NCBI GenBank assembly: GCA_965279515.1
Contig: CBDIID010000003.1
Span: forward strand, 768,001 to 832,000
Length of the DNA stretch: 64,000 bases
Reading direction: 5' to 3'
Origin: Turneriella sp.
GTDB taxonomy: Bacteria; Spirochaetota; Leptospiria; Turneriellales; Turneriellaceae
Position numbers and translations under genes: made by a program. Below, in pieces: positions 9,559 to 19,805 of the stretch (position 1 is its first letter; each line of letters opens with the position of its first letter). The notes under the pieces were generated by a model, which was given only the letters and a program-made list of their open reading frames with translations, did no database searches and was not told where the DNA came from.

Positions 9559-11055
9559 CTAGCCCGTTTTCATCGAATCGAGGAAAGCCTTGTTGTTCTT
9601 CGTACCGCGCATCTTCTCGAGCAGAAGTTCCATGCTTTCGACCGTCGTCAGCGGCGCAAAAACCTTGCGCAAAATCCAGATACGGTTGATGTCTTCTTTT
9701 TCGAGCAAGAGCTCTTCGCGGCGTGTGCCAGAACGGTTCATGTCGATCGCCGGGAAGGTACGCTTCTCGACGAGCTTGCGGTCAAGGTGGAGCTCCATGT
9801 TACCGGTACCCTTGAACTCTTCAAAGATGACCTCGTCCATTTTACTGCCGGTATCAATCAGCGCCGTGGCGATGATCGTGAGGCTACCGCCCTCTTCGAT
9901 ATTACGCGCGGCGCCGAAAAAACGTTTCGGTTTATGGAGCGCATTGGAATCCACGCCGCCCGACAACACCTTACCCGACGAGGGAATGACCTGGTTGTAA
10001 GCGCGCGCGAGACGCGTAATGGAGTCGAGCAGGATAACCACGTCGCGCTTGTGTTCGACGAGGCGCTTCGCCTTCTCGATCACCATCTCGGCGACCTGAA
10101 CGTGGCGGTTCGCAGGTTCATCAAACGTCGAAGCCACGACTTCGCCGCGCACGCTGCGCGCCATGTCTGTCACCTCTTCGGGACGCTCGTCGATCAGCAG
10201 CACCATGAGCGTCACTTCAGGATGGTTTACAGTAATTGCATTGGCGATATCCTGCATCAGCATCGTTTTACCGGTGCGCGGCGGAGCGACAATGAGGCCA
10301 CGCTGGCCCTTGCCGATCGGCGATACGAGGTCGACAACGCGCATTGAAAGTTTTTCCGCAGTGGTCTCAAGCTTGATATGCTCCTCGGGATAGAGCGGCG
10401 TCAGGTTATCAAAGTGAACGCGGCGCATTGCCTCGCCGGAAGGGACACCGTTGATGGTGTCGACCTTCATGATCGCGAAGAAGCGCTCGTTGTCGCGCGG
10501 CATACGGATCTGCCCGTAGACGGTGTCGCCCTTTCTCAGCGCGAACATGCGGATCTGCGCCGGTGAGACATAGATATCGTCGGGGCCTGCGAGGTAGTTA
10601 TAACCCGCTGATCTTAAAAAGCCGTAACCGTCAGGCATAACCTCGAGAACACCCTCGGCATAGACCTGGCCTGAATTATCCGATTGTTTTTGCAGGATCG
10701 AAAAAATCAGGGCTGGTTTCTTGAGATCCGCCGGATTCTCTACACCTAAGGATAACGCCATTTCAACGAGTTCATTCATCGATTTGTTTTTGAACTCGCT
10801 GATCTCCATTTTTTTGCCCGTGCCGTTCATCGGCGGTGGCGGATTGTAGGCAGCCTTTTGCGGTGGGGCGGCAGGCGTGGACGCAGGCTCTGCGGATGAC
10901 TCTTCCTTGAAGTTACCTTCTTCGTCTTTGCGCGTTTTCAGCTTTACTTTAACTCTTTCATTGCTTTCTGCAGCTGATTCCTGTTGACCGTCGGCATCGG
11001 TGCTGGCGGTTGCTGCTTCCATTGTTTCTTCTTCAGGCGTTTTTTTACGGGCCAT
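9559..11055 (-). CDS. rho: transcription termination factor Rho
   Basis: [11 protein letters not shown]-binding domain, [41 protein letters not shown]. Confidence 0.98.
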   Translation of the reverse strand: MARKKTPEEETMEAATASTDADGQQESAAESNERVKVKLKTRKDEEGNFKEESSAEPASTPAAPPQKAAYNPPPPMNGTGKKMEISEFKNKSMNELVEMALSLGVENPADLKKPALIFSILQKQSDNSGQVYAEGVLEVMPDGYGFLRSAGYNYLAGPDDIYVSPAQIRMFALRKGDTVYGQIRMPRDNERFFAIMKVDTINGVPSGEAMRRVHFDNLTPLYPEEHIKLETTAEKLSMRVVDLVSPIGKGQRGLIVAPPRTGKTMLMQDIANAITVNHPEVTLMVLLIDERPEEVTDMARSVRGEVVASTFDEPANRHVQVAEMVIEKAKRLVEHKRDVVILLDSITRLARAYNQVIPSSGKVLSGGVDSNALHKPKRFFGAARNIEEGGSLTIIATALIDTGSKMDEVIFEEFKGTGNMELHLDRKLVEKRTFPAIDMNRSGTRREELLLEKEDINRIWILRKVFAPLTTVESMELLLEKMRGTKNNKAFLDSMKTG

Positions 11056-11206
11056 TTTATCCTCTTTTGGTTGTGAATGCCGGTATCCGGCAGGTATTAA
11101 ATTTGCGGGTTTAGTTCAGGGGAGTGAGTTTCACTCCCGGTTCTACGATGTTTCTGTTGGAAATTTTACAATCGCCGCTGAAGTCCAGCGGCGCGTTTCA
11201 GAACCT

Positions 11207-12541
11207 TTATTCTCCTTTGCTCTTTTTAGGCGGAATTTTGAATACTTGTCCCGGGTAAATCAGGTCGGGATTCTTGATTTTTGCTTTGTTCGCGCGGTAG
11301 ATTTTCGGCCACAGGCGTGCATTATTATAAATCTTTTTGTAACCAGCGATCTTCCAGAGGCAATCACGGTTTTCAGGGATCAGGCGAACTTTATAGGTTT
11401 TCCAGCCGGCCTGATCTTCTTCTTCACCGTCTTTGCCGAGTTTAGCTTCGCCGTCTTTCACGGGCTTCTTATTCTCGATACCGGCACGGTCTTTCGCCTG
11501 CGCCAGCAGAACTTCGGTTTCGGGCAGAGAATCGCTGAGGATTTTCGCCAGACGGCTTGCTTCATCAGATTGCGTGGCAACTTCGCCGTAAGCCTGATTT
11601 TTATCCGCTTCACGGGCTGCTTTCAGGGCTTCTTTCGCCGCTGTCAGGTTATCGTCCGCTGTTTTCAGGGATTGCTGCGCTTCTTCTGAAGCTTCGAGCG
11701 CCTTTTGTGTGTCTGCATCGCTCGCACGACCTTTGAGGTCATTGAGTTTTGCTTCGGCAGCCGCCACATCTTTTTCGGCTTTAGCCAGTTTCGTTTTTGC
11801 AGATTGTTTCTGCGCGACACCCAAAGCTTCTTTAGAAGATGCTTTGGCAGCCTGCAGATTGGTATATGCTGATTTGAGTTTCTTGTTCGCGAGGTCGCCG
11901 CGGGCATTGCCGGCATCGGTCTTGGCTTTTTTCAGGGTATCGGGAGCATTTTGATCTGCGCCTGCACGCTCTGCTGCGGCGATGGTTTCATCGACTTCGT
12001 TAAGCTCGCGCTTCATCACTTCAACCTGGGCTTCTGAAGTTGTCAGGGCACGCTTGGCTTTTTCACGTGATTCTTCGAACAGGTGGTATGAGCTCAGGTA
12101 ATCTTTGGATTCGTAGTACTTATCGCCCTGAACGAGGCTGGCTTTAGATGCTGCAAGTTCATCGGTTGCAAATTGTTCTGCATTTGACTCTTCTGCAGCG
12201 CGGATAGCGAGTTCAGCCTCGCCGCGGGTGTCTTGCGCCAGTTTAGGCGCTGATTCGTCGTATGCGGCATCAGCCTGCTTTTTCGCTTCGATCGCCTTTT
12301 CTTTGGCGTCGCTCATTTTACCTTTTTCTACGAATTCATGAGCAGAAAGGAGTGTTTTCTGCGCATCTTCGAAATTCTTGGGAGAATACTTTGCGCTTTT
12401 CACTGTCTCGGCACGGGCAATCGCCACTTTTGCGATACCCATCTCTTCCATCGGAATCGGATCACCGCAACCGACTGCAATGACCGTGACCGCTGCCATA
12501 AGTGCTAAGAGCGTTTTTTTTGTTTTTATCAGACTGGACAT
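11207..12541 (-). CDS. LipL71/LruA-like lipoprotein with C-terminal LysM domain
   Basis: Lipobox IAVGC, Ala/Lys-rich coiled coils, LysM DCLWKIA..WPKIYRANK..IKNPDLIYPGQ. Confidence 0.8.
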   Translation of the reverse strand: MSSLIKTKKTLLALMAAVTVIAVGCGDPIPMEEMGIAKVAIARAETVKSAKYSPKNFEDAQKTLLSAHEFVEKGKMSDAKEKAIEAKKQADAAYDESAPKLAQDTRGEAELAIRAAEESNAEQFATDELAASKASLVQGDKYYESKDYLSSYHLFEESREKAKRALTTSEAQVEVMKRELNEVDETIAAAERAGADQNAPDTLKKAKTDAGNARGDLANKKLKSAYTNLQAAKASSKEALGVAQKQSAKTKLAKAEKDVAAAEAKLNDLKGRASDADTQKALEASEEAQQSLKTADDNLTAAKEALKAAREADKNQAYGEVATQSDEASRLAKILSDSLPETEVLLAQAKDRAGIENKKPVKDGEAKLGKDGEEEDQAGWKTYKVRLIPENRDCLWKIAGYKKIYNNARLWPKIYRANKAKIKNPDLIYPGQVFKIPPKKSKGE

Positions 12542-12566
12542 ATTCTCTCCGTATATTTAAAGATGA

Positions 12567-12902
12567 TTACTTAAACTTGGCGAGTGCTTCGCCTTCAGAT
12601 TCATAGATTTCGAAAAAGCTTGTGAGCTTGGTGAGTTCGAAAACTTTTTTAACCGACGCATAGACGTTGATGATCTTGAGGCCACCCTGATACTTTTTCA
12701 GGTTCGAGAGGCTTGAAATCAGGGCACCGATACCGGAGGAGTCGATATAAGAAACTTTTTCCAGGTTGATGATGACATTGTATTTTTGCGCCTCAATCAG
12801 TTTCTGAATGATATCTTTAATTTCGGGCGCATTGTAGAGGTCAATCTCCCCCTGAATGTCCAAAATCGTAATACCGTCTTTTTCTCTCTGGCTGATTTCC
12901 AT
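12567..12902 (-). CDS. STAS domain anti-sigma factor antagonist
   Basis: GEIDLYNAP, VSYIDSSGIGALI, VKKVFELT. Confidence 0.92.
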   Translation of the reverse strand: MEISQREKDGITILDIQGEIDLYNAPEIKDIIQKLIEAQKYNVIINLEKVSYIDSSGIGALISSLSNLKKYQGGLKIINVYASVKKVFELTKLTSFFEIYESEGEALAKFK

Positions 12903-13008
12903 TTTATTCGCTCCGGCTGGTTTGGTTAACCTTAGTCTATCGAAAACGCATCCTTAAGGCTTTCTTTATCGTCAATCAAAAAACAGGTTTTTTCTGGGCT
13001 TAATCGCA

Positions 13009-14397
13009 TTATGATTTTGTCAGCTCGCTGATGGCGCGCTGCAACTGAACGTCAAACTCCAGATCGATAACTGGTCGCGTTTCCGCTTTCGTCAGCTCAT
13101 CTTTGAGAGCCCGCTTCGCCGCAAAATCGGAAAGGGTCAGCCCTTTCGAAGACAGCAGCTTCTGAAACTTCTTCACCGCTTCGGGGTTATAAACCTTGTT
13201 CTCTTTCGTGAACTCTTGCACGATTTTCTTTTCCCGAATCTCTTTATAGTGGCGTCGGTCGTCTTTGTTAAAGTCGAGCGCCGGCACATTGATATCGGGC
13301 TCTATCCCCTTTTTGTGGATCGAAACCCCGGACGGAGTATAATACTTCTGGATGGTCAGCGCCATCGATGTGCCGTACATCATGCTGATCACGTTCTGTA
13401 CCGAACCTTTACCGAAAGTCTTCACCCCGATAAACTTACCGCGTTTATGGTCTTTGATCGCCCCGGTCACAATTTCACTCGCAGAAGCCGACCCCTCATT
13501 CGCGAGTACGATGAGTGGAATATCCGCAGCAATCGCCGCAGATGGTTCGGCATTGAAGACTTTATCGAGTTCTTTTTTCCGGCCGCGCGTCGATACAATG
13601 ACACCCGACTTGATAAAGAAGTTACTGATACGGTGCGCGGCGTCGAGCAGCCCGCCCGGGTTCCAGCGCAGGTCAAGAATCAGGCCTTTGGCTTTTTTCT
13701 TTTTAAACTCTGTAATTGCCTTCGCGAGATCTTCGGTCGCGGTCTGGTTAAACTGTTTCAGGCGCACATAACCCAGCTTTTCTTTCTCGAGAAACTGCGA
13801 CGTGACGACCTGTATTTTGATGACTTCACGAACGAGGTCAAAGTAGAGGATTTCATCCTCGCCTTCGCGCACGACGCTGATATTGACGGAGGTTCCGGGT
13901 TTACCGCGCAGTTGTTTTACGGCTTCGGAGAGCGACAGGTCGCGTGTGGATTTCTTATCGATTTCGATGATTTTGTCGCCAGGCTTGATACCCGCGCGCA
14001 TCGCCGGCGTGTCTTCAATCGGCGAAACGACAGTCAGCACATTATCGCGCTGTGAAATTTCGATACCCAGGCCGCCAAAGTTACCGCGCATCTCTGTCTG
14101 CAGTTCATTCGTCTCTTCTTGCGTCATGAAACGCGTGTGTGCATCGTCGAGTGCGCCGAGCATGCCGCGTATTGCACCGAATAATAATGCCTGGCGCGAC
14201 ACTTCGTCGACATAGTCGTTGCGCACATGGAACAGCGCGGCGTTGAAGAGTTCGGTTAAGCCCTCTTCGGAAATTTCTTTTTTGGAATTCGCTTCCATCT
14301 GGCCGGCGGTCGCGGCGGTGAAGACAGCGAGGCAGATGATAAGGCCGAGAAATTTTTTGCGGCGGTCACCTTTCGCCGATGGAATCGTGTTGCTCAT
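13009..14397 (-). CDS. ctpA: S41 carboxyl-terminal processing protease
   Basis: PDZ domain (GGLGIEI), LDLRWNPGGLL, SASASEI, TFGKGSVQ, KGIEPD. Start MSNT chosen over the longer ORF start at 14439. Confidence 0.92.
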   Translation of the reverse strand: MSNTIPSAKGDRRKKFLGLIICLAVFTAATAGQMEANSKKEISEEGLTELFNAALFHVRNDYVDEVSRQALLFGAIRGMLGALDDAHTRFMTQEETNELQTEMRGNFGGLGIEISQRDNVLTVVSPIEDTPAMRAGIKPGDKIIEIDKKSTRDLSLSEAVKQLRGKPGTSVNISVVREGEDEILYFDLVREVIKIQVVTSQFLEKEKLGYVRLKQFNQTATEDLAKAITEFKKKKAKGLILDLRWNPGGLLDAAHRISNFFIKSGVIVSTRGRKKELDKVFNAEPSAAIAADIPLIVLANEGSASASEIVTGAIKDHKRGKFIGVKTFGKGSVQNVISMMYGTSMALTIQKYYTPSGVSIHKKGIEPDINVPALDFNKDDRRHYKEIREKKIVQEFTKENKVYNPEAVKKFQKLLSSKGLTLSDFAAKRALKDELTKAETRPVIDLEFDVQLQRAISELTKS

Positions 14398-14534
14398 GGA
14401 GGGTCTCGGTTGGCATCGGTAGTTAGGATTGTCGGTCAATCACTTTTGACTTAAGGCAGCGCGATGAAAAGGCGGGTGATATTCATTGACAGCCTGTTTC
14501 GGAAGCCGAATTTTCCGGCCAAATACGGCAAAAA

Positions 14535-15227
14535 ATGCGAAAAATCACCCTGCTCCACTACACTTTCATTGGCTCAGCACTGCTTTTAAGCCCGGTATCC
14601 GCCGACAGCTTCACGCATCCATCCGACGTTGCCCGTCAGATGCAGTCGAAATTCAAGTCGCTGAAGAGCTACCAGGCGGATTTCTCCCTCAGCATCAAAG
14701 ATCTCAACAAAACAAAAGTCAGTTCTGGCGTCGCCACCTACGGTGAGGGCGGCAAACTGAATTTCACTTTCAGCCAACCCGCAGGAGACATGATTGTCTC
14801 GAATGGCCAGATGCTCTTTGTGTATGTATCGCGGCTGAAAGCCGTAGGCAAACAACCGCTGAAAAGCAAAGACAAAGACGGCAAGTCGCTCTATGCTGCC
14901 GGCACCGCCGAGGGGTTATCCAACCTCTTCCGCCGCTACCACTACCGCTTCGATAAACCCGAACAACCGCGTGAAGTCGAGGGCGGCAAGTTCTTCATTC
15001 TTGACCTCAAGGAAAAAGAGATTACCGGCGGTTACGACAAGATTACTCTCTATGTGCAATCTGAAACTTATCTCATCGAAAAAATGCGTGCTTCGAGCCC
15101 TTCGGGTCGCACGGTCGAGCTGACGTTTTCGAACATCAAGCTCAACCCGCCGGTCGACGCCAAACTGTTCCAGTTCAAGGAACCCGAGAACGTGAAAATA
15201 GTGGATAACCCACTGACGACGGAGTGA
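14535..15227 (+). CDS. lolA: outer-membrane lipoprotein carrier LolA
   Basis: Signal peptide, YQADF, IVSNGQML, FSNIKLN..LFQFKEP, located before rodZ. Confidence 0.8.
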   Translation: MRKITLLHYTFIGSALLLSPVSADSFTHPSDVARQMQSKFKSLKSYQADFSLSIKDLNKTKVSSGVATYGEGGKLNFTFSQPAGDMIVSNGQMLFVYVSRLKAVGKQPLKSKDKDGKSLYAAGTAEGLSNLFRRYHYRFDKPEQPREVEGGKFFILDLKEKEITGGYDKITLYVQSETYLIEKMRASSPSGRTVELTFSNIKLNPPVDAKLFQFKEPENVKIVDNPLTTE

Positions 15228-16339
15228 ACATGACTGCAGGGGCTCTCTTAAAAAAAGCGCGCGAAGAACGCCGCATCAGCTTACGCCAGGCGGCCGACGA
15301 CACTAAAATTACGTCGCGCCACTTGCAGGCGATTGAAGACGACAACTATATGGTCTTTCCCGGCGAGACGTATGCGCTGGGCTTTCTCGCCAGTTACGCC
15401 GTCTATCTTGATGTTGATCCTGATGAGGTCAAACGCCTCTACAAGGGCTCGCAGCTGACCGAAACCGAGACGCCGCTGCATGAGCTCATGCAGCCGACGA
15501 TACAGATGAGCGACTATCTCGAACGGTTTGCAAAACCGCTGATCGTCGTGCCTATCATCGTCGTCGTCGTCGCAGGCATCATCTTCCTCGTGACGCATCT
15601 TTTGGGCGATAAAACCACCGTCAAATCGGGCGGCGATAACTCGTCGAGCGCGGTGACAAATTTCACCAAGAACTCGAATACCATCCCCGAAGTCGAATCC
15701 GATCACGTCAAACTCTCCCCCGGCCGCCCCAGCCCGCAAATCATCAAGAAGGGCCGCGCGATCAACTTCTCTGTCCAGAATACAGAGGTCTATATTGTGC
15801 TGCGCGACATCATATCCGATGACAAGACCGGTGCATACAAGGCCGATCTCGAACTTTTCCCGGGTAAGAAAAAATATACACTGAAAGAAGAAGAGCCGAT
15901 CGATATCGAAGACCCGGCGATTCCCCGCAAGTTCAAAATCACGCTGTCGGGTATCACGGCAACCAACGCGAAACTCGTGATCGATCTCGGTGAAGAGGTG
16001 GCTCCCACTGACGGCGGCGCGGCCAATGAAGTGCGCGTGTCGAACCCGGACAACTTTCTGATTCGTCTCGAAGGTACACTTACCGGTGATACCTATATCG
16101 AATATTTTGTCGACGGCAAGCCAGGCAAGCGCGGCCTTTTCAAAAAAGACACGCCACTGTTGCTCGAAGCCAATGACAGCATACAGATCAAGATCGGCGA
16201 TGCAGGCGACGTGAAGCTCACGATCAACGGCAAACCCGAGGTTCTGGGCGCCAAGGGCCATGTCGCAAATAAGATCATCCGCAAGATGCGCGACCCGGTA
16301 GAACAATCGAAATTTAAAGTCGTCATAAAGGACGCTTGA
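15224..16339 (+). CDS. rodZ: RodZ-like HTH membrane protein (DUF4115)
   Basis: N-terminal HTH LKKAREE..YALGFLASYAVYL, TM helix, C-terminal IGDAGDVKLTING. Confidence 0.8.
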   Translation: MNMTAGALLKKAREERRISLRQAADDTKITSRHLQAIEDDNYMVFPGETYALGFLASYAVYLDVDPDEVKRLYKGSQLTETETPLHELMQPTIQMSDYLERFAKPLIVVPIIVVVVAGIIFLVTHLLGDKTTVKSGGDNSSSAVTNFTKNSNTIPEVESDHVKLSPGRPSPQIIKKGRAINFSVQNTEVYIVLRDIISDDKTGAYKADLELFPGKKKYTLKEEEPIDIEDPAIPRKFKITLSGITATNAKLVIDLGEEVAPTDGGAANEVRVSNPDNFLIRLEGTLTGDTYIEYFVDGKPGKRGLFKKDTPLLLEANDSIQIKIGDAGDVKLTINGKPEVLGAKGHVANKIIRKMRDPVEQSKFKVVIKDA

Positions 16340-16349
16340 TTCCCAAGTG

Positions 16350-16428
16350 AACCGCAAAGTGCGCAGAGTTACGCAAAGGAAGAGGTCAGGCAAATCTTAC
16401 TTTGCGACACTCCGCGTCCTCTGCGTTT
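16350..16428. repeat. periodic imperfect palindrome (3x CGCARAG / 3x CTYYGCG)
   Basis: accgcaaagtgcgcagagttacgcaaag ... ctttgcgacactccgcgtcctctgcgttt, between rodZ and rimO. Confidence 0.65.
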
Positions 16429-16433
16429 GATCC

Positions 16434-17789
16434 ATGTCATTTCCTCTGAAAAAAAAATCATCAACCGATATGACTTTTCATATCGAAACACTCGGCTGTC
16501 CCAAAAACCGCGTCGACTCGCGGCGCATGCGCACTTCGCTGCTGAATCTAGGCTACAGTGAAGCCAAAAAACCCGAAGCGGCGGATATTTTTCTCATCAA
16601 CAGCTGCTCGTTCATCCGCGAAGCGCAGGAAGAGACGATCCAAACCGTCTTCGACACCCTCAAAATCAAAGACAAAAAAGCCCCGCACATGAAAGTCGGC
16701 CTTGTCGGCTGTTTTGTAGAGCGCTTCTCCGATGCGGTAAAGAATGATATCCCGGAACTCGACTTCACCATCGGCACGCAGCGCTACCACGAAGTCGGCG
16801 CCCTCATCAGCGAAAAATTCGGCGTCGAGACAGCCGGGCATGTCGCCAACCTTGCAATGCAAAGCGGCAATCCCGATTCTGCGAAACCTTTTGCCTGGCT
16901 GCGTATCGCGCAGGGCTGCAACCGCAGCTGTGCGTTCTGCATTATCCCGACGATCCGCGGCGAGCTGAAAACCTATGCCCTGGACAATATCGACAAGCAG
17001 CTCAGCGACGAGTTTGCGCTGCGCGGCGCTGATGGCGTACCCATGCGCGAAGTTGTGCTCGTGAGTCAGGATACCATCAGCCAGGGCGTCGATGAACTCG
17101 AACGCATCATCGCACATCTTTCCAGCAAAGAAGAAATTGACTGGATCAGGTTGCAGTACCTCTTCCCCGACCGCCGCGTGCTCGACCTGCTGGGCCTTTG
17201 GGAGAAATACCCCAAACTCACGCCCTACCTCGACATTCCCTTCCAGCATGTGTCGCCGAAAATCCTGAAGGCGATGAAAAGGCCTTCCGATACCGGGCTG
17301 TTCCGCGAGATCATCGAGCGCGCGCATGCCATCACTCCCGACTTCGAAATCCGTACATCTTTTATAGTGGGATTTCCCGGCGAGGATGAAGCCGATTTTG
17401 CCGAACTCGAAAATTTTACCGAAAACAACCGCATCGACAAACTCGCGCTGTTCCGTTATTCGCATGAGACCGGTACGTCGGCGGGTGACAAACTCGACGA
17501 AACCGTCAGCGATGAAGAGAAATACCGCCGCATCAACCACCTGCGCGACCTGCATCTCGAAACCCGGAAAAAATATGCACTGGGCCTCATCGGCCGCCGC
17601 GAGAAAATGCTCGTGGACGATATTACTGGCGGCGAGATTATTTTACGCCGCGCCCACGACGCACCGGAAAGCGATGAGATTGTTACCGTACCGCTGGGAA
17701 AAAACAAGATTGTGATCGGGGCAATGCCGCTGGTAGAACTCAAAGCCTACACGGAATATTCCTTTCTCGGCGAAATCGTGAATCCGTGA
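16434..17789 (+). CDS. rimO: ribosomal protein S12 methylthiotransferase RimO
   Basis: LGCPKNRVDS, NSCSFIREAQEE, radical SAM CNRSCAFC, YLDIPFQH, SFIVGFPGE, APE TRAM motif. Confidence 0.9.
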   Translation: MSFPLKKKSSTDMTFHIETLGCPKNRVDSRRMRTSLLNLGYSEAKKPEAADIFLINSCSFIREAQEETIQTVFDTLKIKDKKAPHMKVGLVGCFVERFSDAVKNDIPELDFTIGTQRYHEVGALISEKFGVETAGHVANLAMQSGNPDSAKPFAWLRIAQGCNRSCAFCIIPTIRGELKTYALDNIDKQLSDEFALRGADGVPMREVVLVSQDTISQGVDELERIIAHLSSKEEIDWIRLQYLFPDRRVLDLLGLWEKYPKLTPYLDIPFQHVSPKILKAMKRPSDTGLFREIIERAHAITPDFEIRTSFIVGFPGEDEADFAELENFTENNRIDKLALFRYSHETGTSAGDKLDETVSDEEKYRRINHLRDLHLETRKKYALGLIGRREKMLVDDITGGEIILRRAHDAPESDEIVTVPLGKNKIVIGAMPLVELKAYTEYSFLGEIVNP

Positions 17790-19762
17790 CGCAGCTGAAG
17801 ATCTTCATCGAGGGTGAATATCCGGTCATCACGGATGCAACCTCAGAAGACAACGCCGACAAATTTATCGGGCACCGTTTCGCTTTAGAAATTCACGGCG
17901 AAAAAAAAACAGCCGTTGTTCTCGGAACATCTACCCAGCCACCGTCATCCAGAATTATTCCCGCAGGCAGCTTTGCCCATGCGTATCCTGTCCTTAACGA
18001 CGAGACAATCCGCCATGCCGAAGCCGTGGCAGAGTATTATCTCGCGCCGCTCGCGGACGTGCTGGCACTGATATTACCCCCCGCGCCCAAACGGAAACCA
18101 TCTAAACTCTTGCTAAACGAAGCTACCGATGCCCCACTTCCGGGCGAGATCAGTGAGAAACAGAAAGAAATCCTTTCCGCAATTGTCGCCGCGCCGGCCG
18201 ACGCCTATGCGGAACACCTGATCTGGGGCGTCACGGGTTCGGGTAAAACCCGCATCTACGAACACCTGATTGCGGCAGCGCTTGCGCGCGATGAACAAAC
18301 GCTTTTGCTCGTGCCTGAAATCGCGCTCTCGGGCCAGGTCATGGACGTGATCACTTCGCGCTTTCCCGGGGCGACCGTGCTTTACCACTCGGGCCTTGCA
18401 GACGGCGAACGCGTTGAAAATTACCGGCGCTTTCTCGCCGGCTCAGCGCAGATCGCCATTGGCACCCGATCGGCGGTTTTTCTGCCCGCTAAAAACCTCA
18501 CGCAGATCATCATCGACGAAGAACACGATGCCTCTTTCAAAGACCAGAGGAAGATCCGCTTCGATACACGCACCGTGGCCCGGCTGCGCCTCACCGGCAG
18601 TACGAAACTCATTCTGGGTTCTGCCACGCCGTCGCTCGAATCGCTCGGCCGGGCGAAAACCGGCGCGGCCAAACTGCACCGGCTGCGCGTGCGCGCCACA
18701 GGGCAACGCATGCCCGATGTCTTCGTGCCCGAATACAAAATCCAGCACGGTATTATATCCCCCTTTCTTGCCGACAAAATGCGCGAACATTTGGCGGCAA
18801 AAAACCAGGTGCTTTTGCTCATGAACCGGCGCGGGCACAGCACACACGTGCATTGCAGTATCTGCGATACATTTGCCGAATGCCCGCGCTGCACCGTCGC
18901 ACTCACCTACCATAAAGATGGTATGCTGCGTTGCCATTATTGCGGTTACCGTGAGAGTTTTTCCCCGCAATGTCCCAAGGACGGCAGCGAGCGCCGGCTG
19001 TCGGGGCGCGGCATACAGCGCGTGGAAGAGATTCTCGAAGCGCAGTTTCCTGAATATGAATACGCCCGCCTCGACCGCGACACGGCGAGCCGCAAGGGTT
19101 TTACGGCGGAAGTTTTGGCCGCGATGCGCTCGGGGAAAATACAGATTCTCATCGGCACGCAGATGATCGCCAAGGGTTTTGATATCGAAGGGGTAACGCT
19201 CGTCGGCGTGCTGGCGATCGACCAGACGCTCAATGCCCCCGACTTCCGCGCCGGCGAAGCGGCGTGGCAGCTGCTCGCGCAGGTGACCGGGCGCTCGGGT
19301 CGCCACAGGCCCGGCGAAGTTGTTATCCAGACGATGGCGCCCCACCATGCGGCAATCCGCGCGGCGGCAGAGCATGATGCCGATAGCTTCTACGCCTCAG
19401 AGGCGGAGTACCGCCGGCTGACGAAATATCCGCCGTTCGGGGCATTGGCGCGCATCGTGCTGATCGGCGAAAACGAAAGTATGGTATTTGCGGCTGCAGA
19501 TAAACTCGCCGTGGAAATACAGCCTGAAAACAACACAGATCTGTTTGTATCTGACGGTGCCGGTATCACCCTATTGGGGCCCGCCGTCCCGTCCTTGGCA
19601 AAAACGGAAAACGAATACCGTGTGCATTTTCTCATCAAAGCCATCACCGAAGAAGGCCTGCGCCGTTACCTGAAGCTCATCCATTCACGGCTGGCAAAAT
19701 TTACAGGCAGTACCAACGGCATCCGTGCCATTTTAGATATCGATCCGCGCGACGTCTCCTGA
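17786..19762 (+). CDS. priA: primosomal protein N' PriA
   Basis: GVTGSGKT, DEEHD, GSATPS, Cys-rich zinc motif, GTQMIAKG, QVTGRSGR, DIDP C-terminus. Confidence 0.95.
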   Translation: MTQLKIFIEGEYPVITDATSEDNADKFIGHRFALEIHGEKKTAVVLGTSTQPPSSRIIPAGSFAHAYPVLNDETIRHAEAVAEYYLAPLADVLALILPPAPKRKPSKLLLNEATDAPLPGEISEKQKEILSAIVAAPADAYAEHLIWGVTGSGKTRIYEHLIAAALARDEQTLLLVPEIALSGQVMDVITSRFPGATVLYHSGLADGERVENYRRFLAGSAQIAIGTRSAVFLPAKNLTQIIIDEEHDASFKDQRKIRFDTRTVARLRLTGSTKLILGSATPSLESLGRAKTGAAKLHRLRVRATGQRMPDVFVPEYKIQHGIISPFLADKMREHLAAKNQVLLLMNRRGHSTHVHCSICDTFAECPRCTVALTYHKDGMLRCHYCGYRESFSPQCPKDGSERRLSGRGIQRVEEILEAQFPEYEYARLDRDTASRKGFTAEVLAAMRSGKIQILIGTQMIAKGFDIEGVTLVGVLAIDQTLNAPDFRAGEAAWQLLAQVTGRSGRHRPGEVVIQTMAPHHAAIRAAAEHDADSFYASEAEYRRLTKYPPFGALARIVLIGENESMVFAAADKLAVEIQPENNTDLFVSDGAGITLLGPAVPSLAKTENEYRVHFLIKAITEEGLRRYLKLIHSRLAKFTGSTNGIRAILDIDPRDVS

Positions 19763-19805
19763 AATCTCTCCTTGACGGCATACGCGAGTGAACCCGGCGT
19801 ATGCC

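Noticed and set aside
15281..17555. Long antisense ORFs (370 aa and 335 aa; likewise 9544-10347, 13216-14055, 18443-19375, 48931-49890, 56848-57759)
   Set aside because: Shadow frames opposite well-supported genes, with no recognisable motifs. Expected from codon bias in GC-rich DNA.
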